Part shown: positions 27,730 through 34,353 of the stretch, one piece after another
Layout of the letters: each line of letters begins with the position of its first letter
Position numbering within the stretch: position 1 is the first letter of the stretch
Virus record (IMG/VR): IMGVR_UViG_3300017917_002466
Span: 62,001-126,000 of that record
Strand: one strand, 5' to 3'
DNA: 64,000 nucleotides
Program-made: the position numbers and the translations under genes
Notes under the pieces: generated by a model
The model's database searches: none
The model's input: the letters and a program-made list of their open reading frames with translations, nothing else
What the model was told of the DNA's origin: nothing

Positions 27730-27948
27730 ATGAATACAAAAAACCGTTTTGATTTTTTGTTATGTTATTTGGGTAGACACAACTGGAAGAACGAAAGACC
27801 TAAACCTTTATTAACAATGTTCGGTTTAATTATTACATTTGAGAAATATAGATATTGTCAAAGGTGCTTAAAAAGACAAATCTGGGAAGACATTTACGGT
27901 GATTTAAATAAGATTGGAGAATGGATAGACTGTAAAAAGAATTCATAG
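27730..27948 (+). CDS. Hypothetical small protein
   Basis: ORF between tRNAs; C..GRHNW..CQRC. Confidence 0.4.
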   Translation: MNTKNRFDFLLCYLGRHNWKNERPKPLLTMFGLIITFEKYRYCQRCLKRQIWEDIYGDLNKIGEWIDCKKNS

Positions 27949-28020
27949 TGGTGTAGAATAATGTAGTTCCCCTCGTTTTCAGCGAGAAATGTGCGGGTTC
28001 AAGTCTCGTCGCCACTACCA
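27947..28020 (+). tRNA. tRNA-Glu(TTC)
   Basis: ctcg-ttTTCag-cgag; CCA. Confidence 0.8.
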
Positions 28021-28027
28021 AATTTAT

Positions 28028-28103
28028 GCTCCCATCGTCTAACGGTTTAGGATGCCAGATTTTCAATCTGAGAACGTGAGTTCAACTCTCACTGGGAGTA
28101 CCA
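28028..28103 (+). tRNA. tRNA-Glu(TTC)
   Basis: caga-ttTTCaa-tctg; CCA. Confidence 0.88.
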
Positions 28104-28109
28104 AGTTAT

Positions 28110-28185
28110 GCCGTTCAAGCAATTGAAGTCAATGCGCTTGCCTGAAGAGCAAGATAATCCGGGGCAGTACCGGGGGGCGGCACCA
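28110..28185 (+). tRNA. tRNA-Phe(GAA)
   Basis: cttgc-ctGAAga-gcaag; CCA. Confidence 0.82.
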
Positions 28186-28221
28186 CGGAAAATGCGGGGT
28201 CGAATCCCGTCACCACTACCA
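28186..28221 (+). pseudogene. Orphan 3' half of tRNA-Glu
   Basis: gaaaatgcggggtcgaatcccgtcaccactacca resembles the 3' half of 27947-28020. Confidence 0.7.
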
Positions 28222-28255
28222 AATTACCGAAGGACATAATTTTATAAATATAAGT

Positions 28256-28582
28256 ATGAAATGCTTATTTTTACATAAAGGATGTCCATATAATTATAAT
28301 CAACATAACTTACAACATTCTTATGGTTGGATAAGTCCAGATGGTATTTTTTATGGTTGTGAAAAATATGAGCATATAAAAAGATCAGAGTTCTTACTAC
28401 CTAATTATCCAAATTCGGAAGCTAAATTAGAATATGACAGATGGATAAAAGTTTCAGAAGAATTAAATGATAAAATAATATGTTTTGGAAAAGTTACACA
28501 AGCACAAATAGATATATTATCAGATTGGTGTATTGTGCATTGCTTTAAATTTCCACACGAATATATCGATAATTTTCTATAA
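28256..28582 (+). CDS. Hypothetical protein
   Basis: GWISPDG..C..YEH motif; late promoter upstream. Confidence 0.6.
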   Translation: MKCLFLHKGCPYNYNQHNLQHSYGWISPDGIFYGCEKYEHIKRSEFLLPNYPNSEAKLEYDRWIKVSEELNDKIICFGKVTQAQIDILSDWCIVHCFKFPHEYIDNFL

Positions 28583-28635
28583 CATAGTTCATAAATACCA
28601 TTGATGCTATTTACGACATCAACGGGGGAAATAGA

Positions 28636-28815
28636 TTGGAAATTATTTTAGTTTTATCCATAGCAGTATTTTTAGCAAGTGGACTAAGTTTTTATTTTGG
28701 AATGTTGTTTGAAGGATTGAGATGGTCTGAAAAAACAAATATTAACGGAAAAATAATATCTTTTATGGGTAATCAATATAAAGTAACAAAAATACTTTTA
28801 AAACCAAAAGAATAG
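28636..28815 (+). CDS. Small membrane protein (TTG start, not in ORF track)
   Basis: MEIILVLSIAVFLASGLSFYFGMLF; G-rich SD. Confidence 0.45.
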   Translation: MEIILVLSIAVFLASGLSFYFGMLFEGLRWSEKTNINGKIISFMGNQYKVTKILLKPKE

Positions 28816-28836
28816 GACGATTAAAAATTTTAAAAT

Positions 28837-28912
28837 CGGGATGTGGCGCAGCGAGTAGCGCGCTCGCTTTGGGAGCGAGTGGTCGCCGGGGCGGAGCCGG
28901 CCATCCCGACCA
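28837..28912 (+). tRNA. tRNA-Pro(TGG)
   Basis: ctcgc-ttTGGga-gcgag; CCA. Confidence 0.88.
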
Positions 28913-28928
28913 AGTTTCAAAAATTCTA

Positions 28929-28985
28929 AAGGATGAGTTCAGCAATCAAAAATTCTTATTAAAAAAGAAAACAAGTTCATCCTGT
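28929..28985 (+). ncRNA. Y-RNA-like element 1
   Basis: AAGGATGAGTTCAGCAA..TTCATCCTGT; inner ttctt-attaaaa-aagaa hairpin. Confidence 0.75.
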
Positions 28986-28993
28986 GAATCAAT

Positions 28994-29080
28994 GGAAGGT
29001 TAGAGCGTAATTAGTAGCGTGTCGGTCTTGAAAACCGAACCCGAAAGGGCCTGGGGATGCGATTTCCTCACCTTCCGCCA
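28994..29080 (+). tRNA. tRNA-Ser(TGA)
   Basis: tcggt-ctTGAaa-accga; long arm; G73; CCA. Confidence 0.88.
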
Positions 29081-29086
29081 ATTTTT

Positions 29087-29161
29087 GGGGGATTAGTTTA
29101 TTCAGGAAAACATAAGCCTTGCAAGCTTAAAAGCCCGGAGCGTAGCCGGGATTCTCCACCA
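29087..29161 (+). tRNA. tRNA-Ala(TGC)
   Basis: ctTGCaa loop; G3:U70; CCA. Confidence 0.9.
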
Positions 29162-29167
29162 AATTAT

Positions 29168-29242
29168 ACCAAGTGGCAGGTCAGCATCTGAGGACGTCTC
29201 ATAAGCGTTCTGAATAGGGGTCAGCACCCTAACTTGGTACCA
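29168..29242 (+). tRNA. tRNA-Met(CAT)
   Basis: gacgt-ctCATaa-gcgtt; CCA. Confidence 0.8.
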
Positions 29243-29256
29243 AAGGAGTAACTTAT

Positions 29257-29564
29257 ATGCCAAAAGCCACAAAGGAAAATCAACCTTAACAGTTGTAGGT
29301 GAAACTGAAGATGGTAAGAAAGTTGTCAGAGGATTGTTTTTAATAAGCACTTCAATAACTGGATTACCTTTAGAAGATTGCTTAGAAATTTTGAAAAAGA
29401 ATAATCTTGTGGTAGATTGGATAGACTTTATAGAAGATGCTATCAAGTATAAATGGAAGATGGAAAGAACATTGATAAAGATAGAAACATCAGTTGAAGA
29501 AGTTTACGGAAAAGAATATTGTCAAGAAGTAATGAAAAGAATTAAAGGATGGGTTCAGCAATAA
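29257..29564 (+). pseudogene. Hypothetical protein with frameshift near its start
   Basis: SD GGAG plus ATG at 29257 is out of frame with the open KSHKGKSTLTVVGETEDGKKVVRGLFLIS.. frame. Confidence 0.5.
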
Positions 29565-29664
29565 AAATCCATTACAAGGCGCGTGTCGGTGGTTCGATTC
29601 CATCCGCTCCCACATTACTGGAGTGTAGCTCAGTTGGTAGAGCAGCAAAAAAAAGTCCATCCTG
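29545..29664 (+). ncRNA. Y-RNA-like element 2 enclosing a circularly permuted tRNA-Val (YrlA-like)
   Basis: AAGGATGGGTTCAGCAA..TCCATCCTG around T arm, loop-closed acceptor stem and D arm. Confidence 0.85.
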
Positions 29665-29678
29665 AATTTATGTAAAAT

Positions 29679-29757
29679 GCCAAGTTCGCATAGCGGTCGA
29701 TTGCGCCTCTCTTGTAAGGAGGAATTACCGGGGGTTCGACTCCCTCACTTGGCTCCA
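29679..29757 (+). tRNA. tRNA-Thr(TGT)
   Basis: ctTGTaa loop; CCA. Confidence 0.88.
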
Positions 29758-29770
29758 GACTATAAAACAG

Positions 29771-29831
29771 AAGACTGGTTCCAGCAAACCAAAACTATTT
29801 GCTTGTTAAGCAAACAAAGTAATCCAGTCTG
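29771..29831 (+). ncRNA. Y-RNA-like element 3
   Basis: AAGACTGGTTCCAGCAA..CCAGTCTG; inner tttgc-ttGTTaa-gcaaa anticodon-like hairpin. Confidence 0.75.
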
Positions 29832-29860
29832 AGTTTAAATTTTTTAAAAAATAATAAATC

Positions 29861-29950
29861 GGTAAAATGGGCGAGTGGTTTATGCCAGCACACTGCTAAC
29901 GTGCCGGGCCCTAAAAAGCTCCACAGGTTCGAATCCTGTTTTTACCGCCA
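29861..29950 (+). tRNA. tRNA-Ser(GCT)
   Basis: ctGCTaa loop; long arm; G73; CCA. Confidence 0.9.
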
Positions 29951-29957
29951 AATAAAC

Positions 29958-30034
29958 GCACCCATAGTTCAGATAGCAAGAATACGTTCTTGGTAAGAAT
30001 GAGGCGGTTGGTGCAAGTCCAACTGGGTGCTCCA
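29958..30034 (+). tRNA. tRNA-Thr(GGT)
   Basis: cgttc-ttGGTaa-gaatg; CCA. Confidence 0.88.
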
Positions 30035-30037
30035 TAT

Positions 30038-30111
30038 GCCACTATAGCTTAATGTAAAGCCTTCGCCTCGTAAGCGAAAAGATTTCATTTCAAATATGAA
30101 TAGTGGCTCCA
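30038..30111 (+). tRNA. tRNA-Thr(CGT)
   Basis: ttcgc-ctCGTaa-gcgaa; CCA. Confidence 0.85.
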
Positions 30112-30120
30112 AAGATAAAT

Positions 30121-30199
30121 ACCTGTGTATCTCACCAGTCTTCTAAACTGTGTAAGAGTAATTGGATTAATGTGGGTTCAAGTCCCATCACAGGTTCCA
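30121..30199 (+). tRNA. D-armless tRNA-like RNA, anticodon TCT
   Basis: Perfect acceptor ACCTGTG/CACAGGT, T arm and CCA; no D arm; ~20-nt variable region. Confidence 0.65.
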
Positions 30200-30227
30200 C
30201 CTGACAATCAAGGAGAAATATCATATA

Positions 30228-30431
30228 ATGAAACGTAGAGATTTTCTAGGATTTACAATAGCATCCTTACTCTTAGTAGGATGTGCAGCTAGCCCAAATA
30301 TTATATATTATGTTGAGTCAGAGAAAGAAGTTGAATCGATGAGAAAACGATTAGAAGAAAGGGGTGAAAAAGTAGTTGATGTGAAGTTTGATAAAATAAG
30401 TAATTTGTATATCATTAAAATTAAAAAATAA
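30228..30431 (+). CDS. Small putative Tat-signal lipoprotein
   Basis: MKRRDFL..LLLVGC. Confidence 0.6.
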   Translation: MKRRDFLGFTIASLLLVGCAASPNIIYYVESEKEVESMRKRLEERGEKVVDVKFDKISNLYIIKIKK

Positions 30432-30445
30432 TTTAAGAAAGAAAA

Positions 30446-30922
30446 ATGAATAAGCAAAATACTAATAAACTTATAAAAAAACATAGATATATGTTTGATG
30501 AATTATTCAGAAGCCGATTAATCAAAAAAGAACAAGATAGATTGGCAGATGAATTTTCAGAAGCTAAAATTGAAGACGATGAAATAAAAATTGCTCAAAT
30601 AATGGAAGAACAAAGACAAGTTGGTTCTTATTATCCAATAGCCTTTGGTTTTGAATGTGGTGATGGATGGTATAAACTTCTTGATGATTTAATGACAGAA
30701 ATTGAAAAAATAGATACAGAAAAGAAGGTTGAAGTTCATCAAGTAAAAGAAAAATCTGGTGGATTAAGATTTTATGCCGAGAATACTTCAAATGAAATAG
30801 AAGATATTATCAGCCGATATATGGATAGATCATATCAAACTTGTGAAATTTGTGGGCAACCAGGAAAAACAAACAAAAAAGGATGGTTGAGAACGGCTTG
30901 TAAGGAACACGAAAGAAATTAA
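30446..30922 (+). CDS. Conserved phage hypothetical protein
   Basis: FECGDGW..QVKEKSGGLRFY..CEICG. Confidence 0.75.
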   Translation: MNKQNTNKLIKKHRYMFDELFRSRLIKKEQDRLADEFSEAKIEDDEIKIAQIMEEQRQVGSYYPIAFGFECGDGWYKLLDDLMTEIEKIDTEKKVEVHQVKEKSGGLRFYAENTSNEIEDIISRYMDRSYQTCEICGQPGKTNKKGWLRTACKEHERN

Positions 30923-30930
30923 GAGATTAA

Positions 30931-31016
30931 GCGGTCGTGGAGGAATGGCAGACTCACAAGGCTAAGAACCTTGTGGAAGAAATTCCGTGAGGGTTCAACT
31001 CCCTCCGACCGCACCA
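30931..31016 (+). tRNA. tRNA-Leu(AAG)
   Basis: acaagg-ctAAGaa-ccttgt; long arm; A73; CCA. Confidence 0.82.
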
Positions 31017-31105
31017 AATAAAAATATCAAAGAAGCTTTGGAAAAATTAAAACTTACATATAATGGTGGAAATTTCGTAAGAGCAAAGAAAATATTAAAT
31101 GATAT

Positions 31106-31182
31106 GCTGGGGTAGCCCAATTGGTAGAGGCGATTTGTTTAGAGCGAATATGTTGTGGGTTCGAATCCCATCTCCAGTACCA
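31106..31182 (+). tRNA. tRNA-Leu(TAG), short variable loop
   Basis: atttg-ttTAGag-cgaat; CCA. Confidence 0.82.
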
Positions 31183-31190
31183 AGATTTAA

Positions 31191-31265
31191 GCAGTGTTGG
31201 CCTAATAGTTGGGCGCTAGCCTTCCAAGCTGGTTCAAGTGGGAGCGTTACCCACACACTGCTCCA
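31191..31265 (+). tRNA. tRNA-Gly(TCC)
   Basis: ctagc-ctTCCaa-gctgg; CCA. Confidence 0.82.
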
Positions 31266-31272
31266 AGTTTAT

Positions 31273-31366
31273 GCTAAGATGGTGGAATGGAAAGACACGG
31301 TAGCTTCAGAAGCTACTGAGAACCTTGCTAGTTCTCGTGTAGGTTCGAATCCTGCTCTTAGCACCA
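31273..31366 (+). tRNA. tRNA-Leu(CAG)
   Basis: gtagc-ttCAGaa-gctac; long arm; CCA. Confidence 0.9.
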
Positions 31367-31374
31367 GAAATTAA

Positions 31375-31449
31375 GCTCTTGTAGTGTAACGTATAGCACG
31401 AGTCGCGTCGAACGATTTAGTGAGGGTTAGATTCCTTCCAAGAGCGCCA
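31375..31449 (+). tRNA. tRNA-Arg(TCG), G at position 33
   Basis: agtcg-cgTCGaa-cgatt; CCA. Confidence 0.65.
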
Positions 31450-31453
31450 ATAC

Positions 31454-31525
31454 ACTTCCTTAGTGAAAAGGAAATAATATTACCCTACGAAGGTAAAGTT
31501 GATGGTTCAAATCCATCAGGAAGTA
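31454..31525 (+). tRNA. tRNA-Arg(ACG)
   Basis: ttacc-ctACGaa-ggtaa; no encoded CCA. Confidence 0.82.
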
Positions 31526-31529
31526 TATT

Positions 31530-31667
31530 TTTATAATGTAACTCTCTATGACAATTAGCACAAACAAGAATACATTTATCTAGTTCTTTTTGAAAAATAT
31601 CCCAAATTCTATATTTGGCCTTTGAAAGAGAGAATTCTTTTTTATTCTGGTCTAAAAGGTGTACCAA
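31530..31667 (-). pseudogene. HNH endonuclease relic
   Basis: HLLDQNKKEFSLS..ELDKCILVCANCHRELH, paralogous to 26794-27423. Confidence 0.75.
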
Positions 31668-31684
31668 AAAATTATGGAGAAATT

Positions 31685-32074
31685 ATGAATAAATTTAAAA
31701 GTGTAGTTATTAGATCAGCAGAAAATAATATTCACAATAAACAACTAAGAAAAAGAGTTGAATATAGTCTTTCCGCTGACTTTGAATATATACCCAGAGA
31801 AATTGTTGTTTTGATAATTGTCAATGGTAAATATTATTTGAAAAGTAAAAAGGGTGATTATGTAGATGATAAAACTAAAGTTAATGTAGATGCTTTGATT
31901 TATAATAATATTTACTATGCTTATATTTTGGAAAAGCAAAAAAATAAATCAATTACTTTTAAAAAAAAAGAAGACGTTAAAGACAAGAATAAGTATAAAA
32001 ATAAAAATGCCATCGCATTGATTCCTAAAAAATGGATTGAAGATGGAACTATTGTTCTTGATAAAAAAGTATGA
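31685..32074 (+). CDS. Hypothetical protein
   Basis: GGAG SD before ATG 31685. Confidence 0.55.
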   Translation: MNKFKSVVIRSAENNIHNKQLRKRVEYSLSADFEYIPREIVVLIIVNGKYYLKSKKGDYVDDKTKVNVDALIYNNIYYAYILEKQKNKSITFKKKEDVKDKNKYKNKNAIALIPKKWIEDGTIVLDKKV

Positions 32075-32075
32075 T

Positions 32076-32149
32076 GCTCCTATCAGCTAACGGTAGGCTT
32101 CCAAACCTTCAATCTGAGAATTAAGTTTCAACTTCCCATAGGAGTACCA
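32076..32149 (+). pseudogene. Degenerate tRNA-Glu(TTC)
   Basis: Similar to 28028-28103, but the T and anticodon stems are disrupted. Confidence 0.65.
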
Positions 32150-32156
32150 AGTTTAT

Positions 32157-32233
32157 GCGCCTGTAATTCAGTAGAATAGAATAATGGTTTTCTAAACCAT
32201 AAGTCACAGGTTTGAATCCTGTCAGGCGTACCA
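32157..32233 (+). tRNA. tRNA-Arg(TCT)
   Basis: atggt-ttTCTaa-accat; CCA. Confidence 0.88.
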
Positions 32234-32241
32234 AATAACAT

Positions 32242-32316
32242 ACAGCTATAGTACAATGGATAGTGCACTAGTTTCCTAAACCTGAAATTCTGGTTCGATT
32301 CCAGATAGCTGTACCA
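32242..32316 (+). tRNA. tRNA-Arg(CCT)
   Basis: ttCCTaa loop; CCA. Confidence 0.8.
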
Positions 32317-32337
32317 AATTTTATCTCTTTTTATCAT

Positions 32338-32422
32338 AGGAGCCAAGGCAACTGGTTGTGGCCGCCAGTCTTATAAGCTGGGAAACTAAACGAGGTGGGT
32401 TCAATTCCCACGGCTCCTACCA
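32338..32422 (+). tRNA. tRNA-Ile(TAT)
   Basis: ccagt-ctTATaa-gctgg; enlarged variable region; CCA. Confidence 0.8.
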
Positions 32423-32459
32423 AAAATATAAATATTTTCAAATATACAATGGAGGGTGA

Positions 32460-32669
32460 ATGGCACACATCTGCGAATTTTTTCCTTGTCATAAACTAAT
32501 TGATGGGTTTAATTGTAAAAATTGTTATTGCCCACTTTATGACCATACCGATTGTCAACATTTTGGTGGGGAACCTAAATTTCTTTACTCAAAAGGGGAG
32601 AAAATAAAAGACTGTTCAGATTGTATTCTCCCTCATAAGCCAGACTTTAAAATACAAACAAGATATTGA
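32460..32669 (+). CDS. Cysteine-rich small domain protein
   Basis: [24 protein letters not shown]. Confidence 0.7.
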   Translation: MAHICEFFPCHKLIDGFNCKNCYCPLYDHTDCQHFGGEPKFLYSKGEKIKDCSDCILPHKPDFKIQTRY

Positions 32670-32694
32670 CATTTTACAAGGATGATATTATATT
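32666..32694 (+). promoter_or_regulatory. sigma70-type promoter
   Basis: TTGACA-N17-TATATT. Confidence 0.7.
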
Positions 32695-32702
32695 AATAAT
32701 AT

Positions 32703-32778
32703 GCCTGTTTCTTCTAGTGGTATAGGAAGTTTGCCTTACAAGCAGAAAACGATGGTTCGATTCCATCAATAGGCACCA
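32703..32778 (+). tRNA. tRNA-Val(TAC)
   Basis: ctTACaa loop; CCA. Confidence 0.88.
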
Positions 32779-32785
32779 AATATTT

Positions 32786-32856
32786 ACTCGTTTAGTTCAA
32801 CGGAAGAATATCTGTTTGACGTACAGAAGACAATAGTTCAACTCTATTAACGAGTA
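32786..32856 (+). tRNA. tRNA-Val(GAC)
   Basis: tctgt-ttGACgt-acaga; no encoded CCA. Confidence 0.82.
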
Positions 32857-32917
32857 TAAAAACAAATTATGATTCGTTAAATTATGGTAATGGACAAAAA
32901 ACTAAACATAAAAATAA

Positions 32918-32991
32918 GCGGAAGTAGTTCAACGGTAGAATGCGACTTTGCCAAGGTTGAGACAGGAGTTCAACTCTCCTTTTCCGCACCA
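32918..32991 (+). tRNA. tRNA-Gly(GCC)
   Basis: ttGCCaa loop; CCA. Confidence 0.88.
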
Positions 32992-32997
32992 AATTAC

Positions 32998-33074
32998 TGG
33001 GGTGTTGCCTAATGGATCAAGGCGCGGGTCTTTGAAGCCTGTCCGTGAAGGTTCAATTCCTTCCACCCCAACCA
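32998..33074 (+). tRNA. tRNA-Gln(TTG)
   Basis: ctTTGaa loop; U1:A72; CCA. Confidence 0.88.
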
Positions 33075-33130
33075 GATAAACATAAATATTAATATAGGAT
33101 TTGATTTTGAACATTTTAAAGGAGGTTTGT

Positions 33131-33433
33131 ATGAAGATGGTTCCGTTGTACAATAAGTTGATTGTTGAACTTCTTCCCGAAGAGTCCGAAAAGAGATCAG
33201 CAACAGGTTTAATTCTTCCGGGAAAAATTTCTCCGTATTACAGGGGAAAGGTGACTGGTGTTGGTAAAGGTCATTATCAAAATGCTCAAAGAATTCCAAT
33301 GGATGTTAAGGAAGGAGATATTGTAGTCTTCTTAAAGAACTGTGGAATGGGAATTGAGTTTGATAACGGAAATAACCCAACAAAGCTTATTTTGGATGAT
33401 ACAAATATTTACGCAGTAGAGGAAAACGACTAA
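33131..33433 (+). CDS. groES: GroES co-chaperonin
   Basis: PLYNKLIV..SATGLILP..GKVTGVGKG..DVKEGDIV. Confidence 0.9.
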   Translation: MKMVPLYNKLIVELLPEESEKRSATGLILPGKISPYYRGKVTGVGKGHYQNAQRIPMDVKEGDIVVFLKNCGMGIEFDNGNNPTKLILDDTNIYAVEEND

Positions 33434-33489
33434 ATTGTCACAGCCAAACTGGGAATTTTAGATCAAAAATAAAAAAATTGTATATAAAT

Positions 33490-33573
33490 GCTCTGGTGGT
33501 GGAATTGGTATACACATCACGCTTAAGACGTGATGCCCGTAAGGGATTGGGGGTTCAACTCCCCCCCAGAGTA
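33490..33573 (+). tRNA. tRNA-Leu(TAA)
   Basis: tcacg-ctTAAga-cgtga; long arm. Confidence 0.9.
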
Positions 33574-33583
33574 CTAAATTAAT

Positions 33584-33663
33584 GCTCCGGTAGCCCAACT
33601 TTGGTAGAGGCCGTAAGCTCAAACCTTACGTTAGTGTGGGTCCGAATCCCATCCGGAGTACCA
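33584..33663 (+). tRNA. tRNA-Leu(CAA), short variable loop
   Basis: gtaag-ctCAAac-cttac; CCA. Confidence 0.82.
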
Positions 33664-33683
33664 CAAATTTAAGGGGAGACTTT

Positions 33684-33950
33684 ATGCATCCTCACAACCG
33701 CAGAGAAAGAGAACTTATCGGAAGACTAAAAGGAATCAAAAGAGCAAAAGGATACTGGAACGATTTCAAATGGGAGCAAGATAAAAAGAAAGTTGAAGAT
33801 TTGCTTAAAAGTAATGCACAGATAAGACAAGATACAACTAAGCTTTGTTCTTGTGCGATGTGCGGAAATCCAAGAAATAAACTTAACGAAAAAACAAGAC
33901 AAGAAGTAAAAGACGAAGAATTTGTAGAATCGGAAATGGAAAACCTGTAG
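33684..33950 (+). CDS. Hypothetical protein
   Basis: CSCAMCGNPR motif; SD. Confidence 0.7.
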   Translation: MHPHNRRERELIGRLKGIKRAKGYWNDFKWEQDKKKVEDLLKSNAQIRQDTTKLCSCAMCGNPRNKLNEKTRQEVKDEEFVESEMENL

Positions 33951-34008
33951 AGGATATTTTAATTGAAAAATCGTCAGGTAAAATGTACCCTTCCGCCAAA
34001 GGAAACAG

Positions 34009-34341
34009 ATGCAAACGTCGTACTTTGCAATCTCATATAGTTTACCAAACGCAATATCCATTGCGGCCAAGTCACCAGACTTTTATACCGGCCGAGTTTA
34101 TCTTCCCCTCGCACCTACTTGGGATATTTTTTCAGAATACCAAAAGAACCACGATATTCACATTTATACTGAAAGATATATCTGTGAAATTCTCGCACCA
34201 TTAGATGCCCAACAACTCTTTGACGATCTTGGTAGATATTCAATCTTACTTTGTTGGGAAGCACCAGACAAATTTTGTCATAGAAGAATCGTAGCTAAAT
34301 GGCTAGAAGATTCACTAGGAGTTAAAATACCAGAACTCTAA
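34009..34341 (+). CDS. DUF488-like protein
   Basis: TSYF..LAPTW..LLCWE..CHRRIVAKWL. Confidence 0.7.
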   Translation: MQTSYFAISYSLPNAISIAAKSPDFYTGRVYLPLAPTWDIFSEYQKNHDIHIYTERYICEILAPLDAQQLFDDLGRYSILLCWEAPDKFCHRRIVAKWLEDSLGVKIPEL

Positions 34342-34353
34342 CAGGAGGTTTCT

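Noticed and set aside
32857-32915. Possible HNH tail relic (KTNYDSLNYGNG)
   Set aside because: Too short and degenerate to support.
26052-33299. ORF-track ORFs overlapping tRNAs (e.g. 26052, 26544, 26563, 28763, 29102, 31099, 32128, 32929)
   Set aside because: Shadow frames across GC-rich tRNA genes, with no SD or protein motifs.
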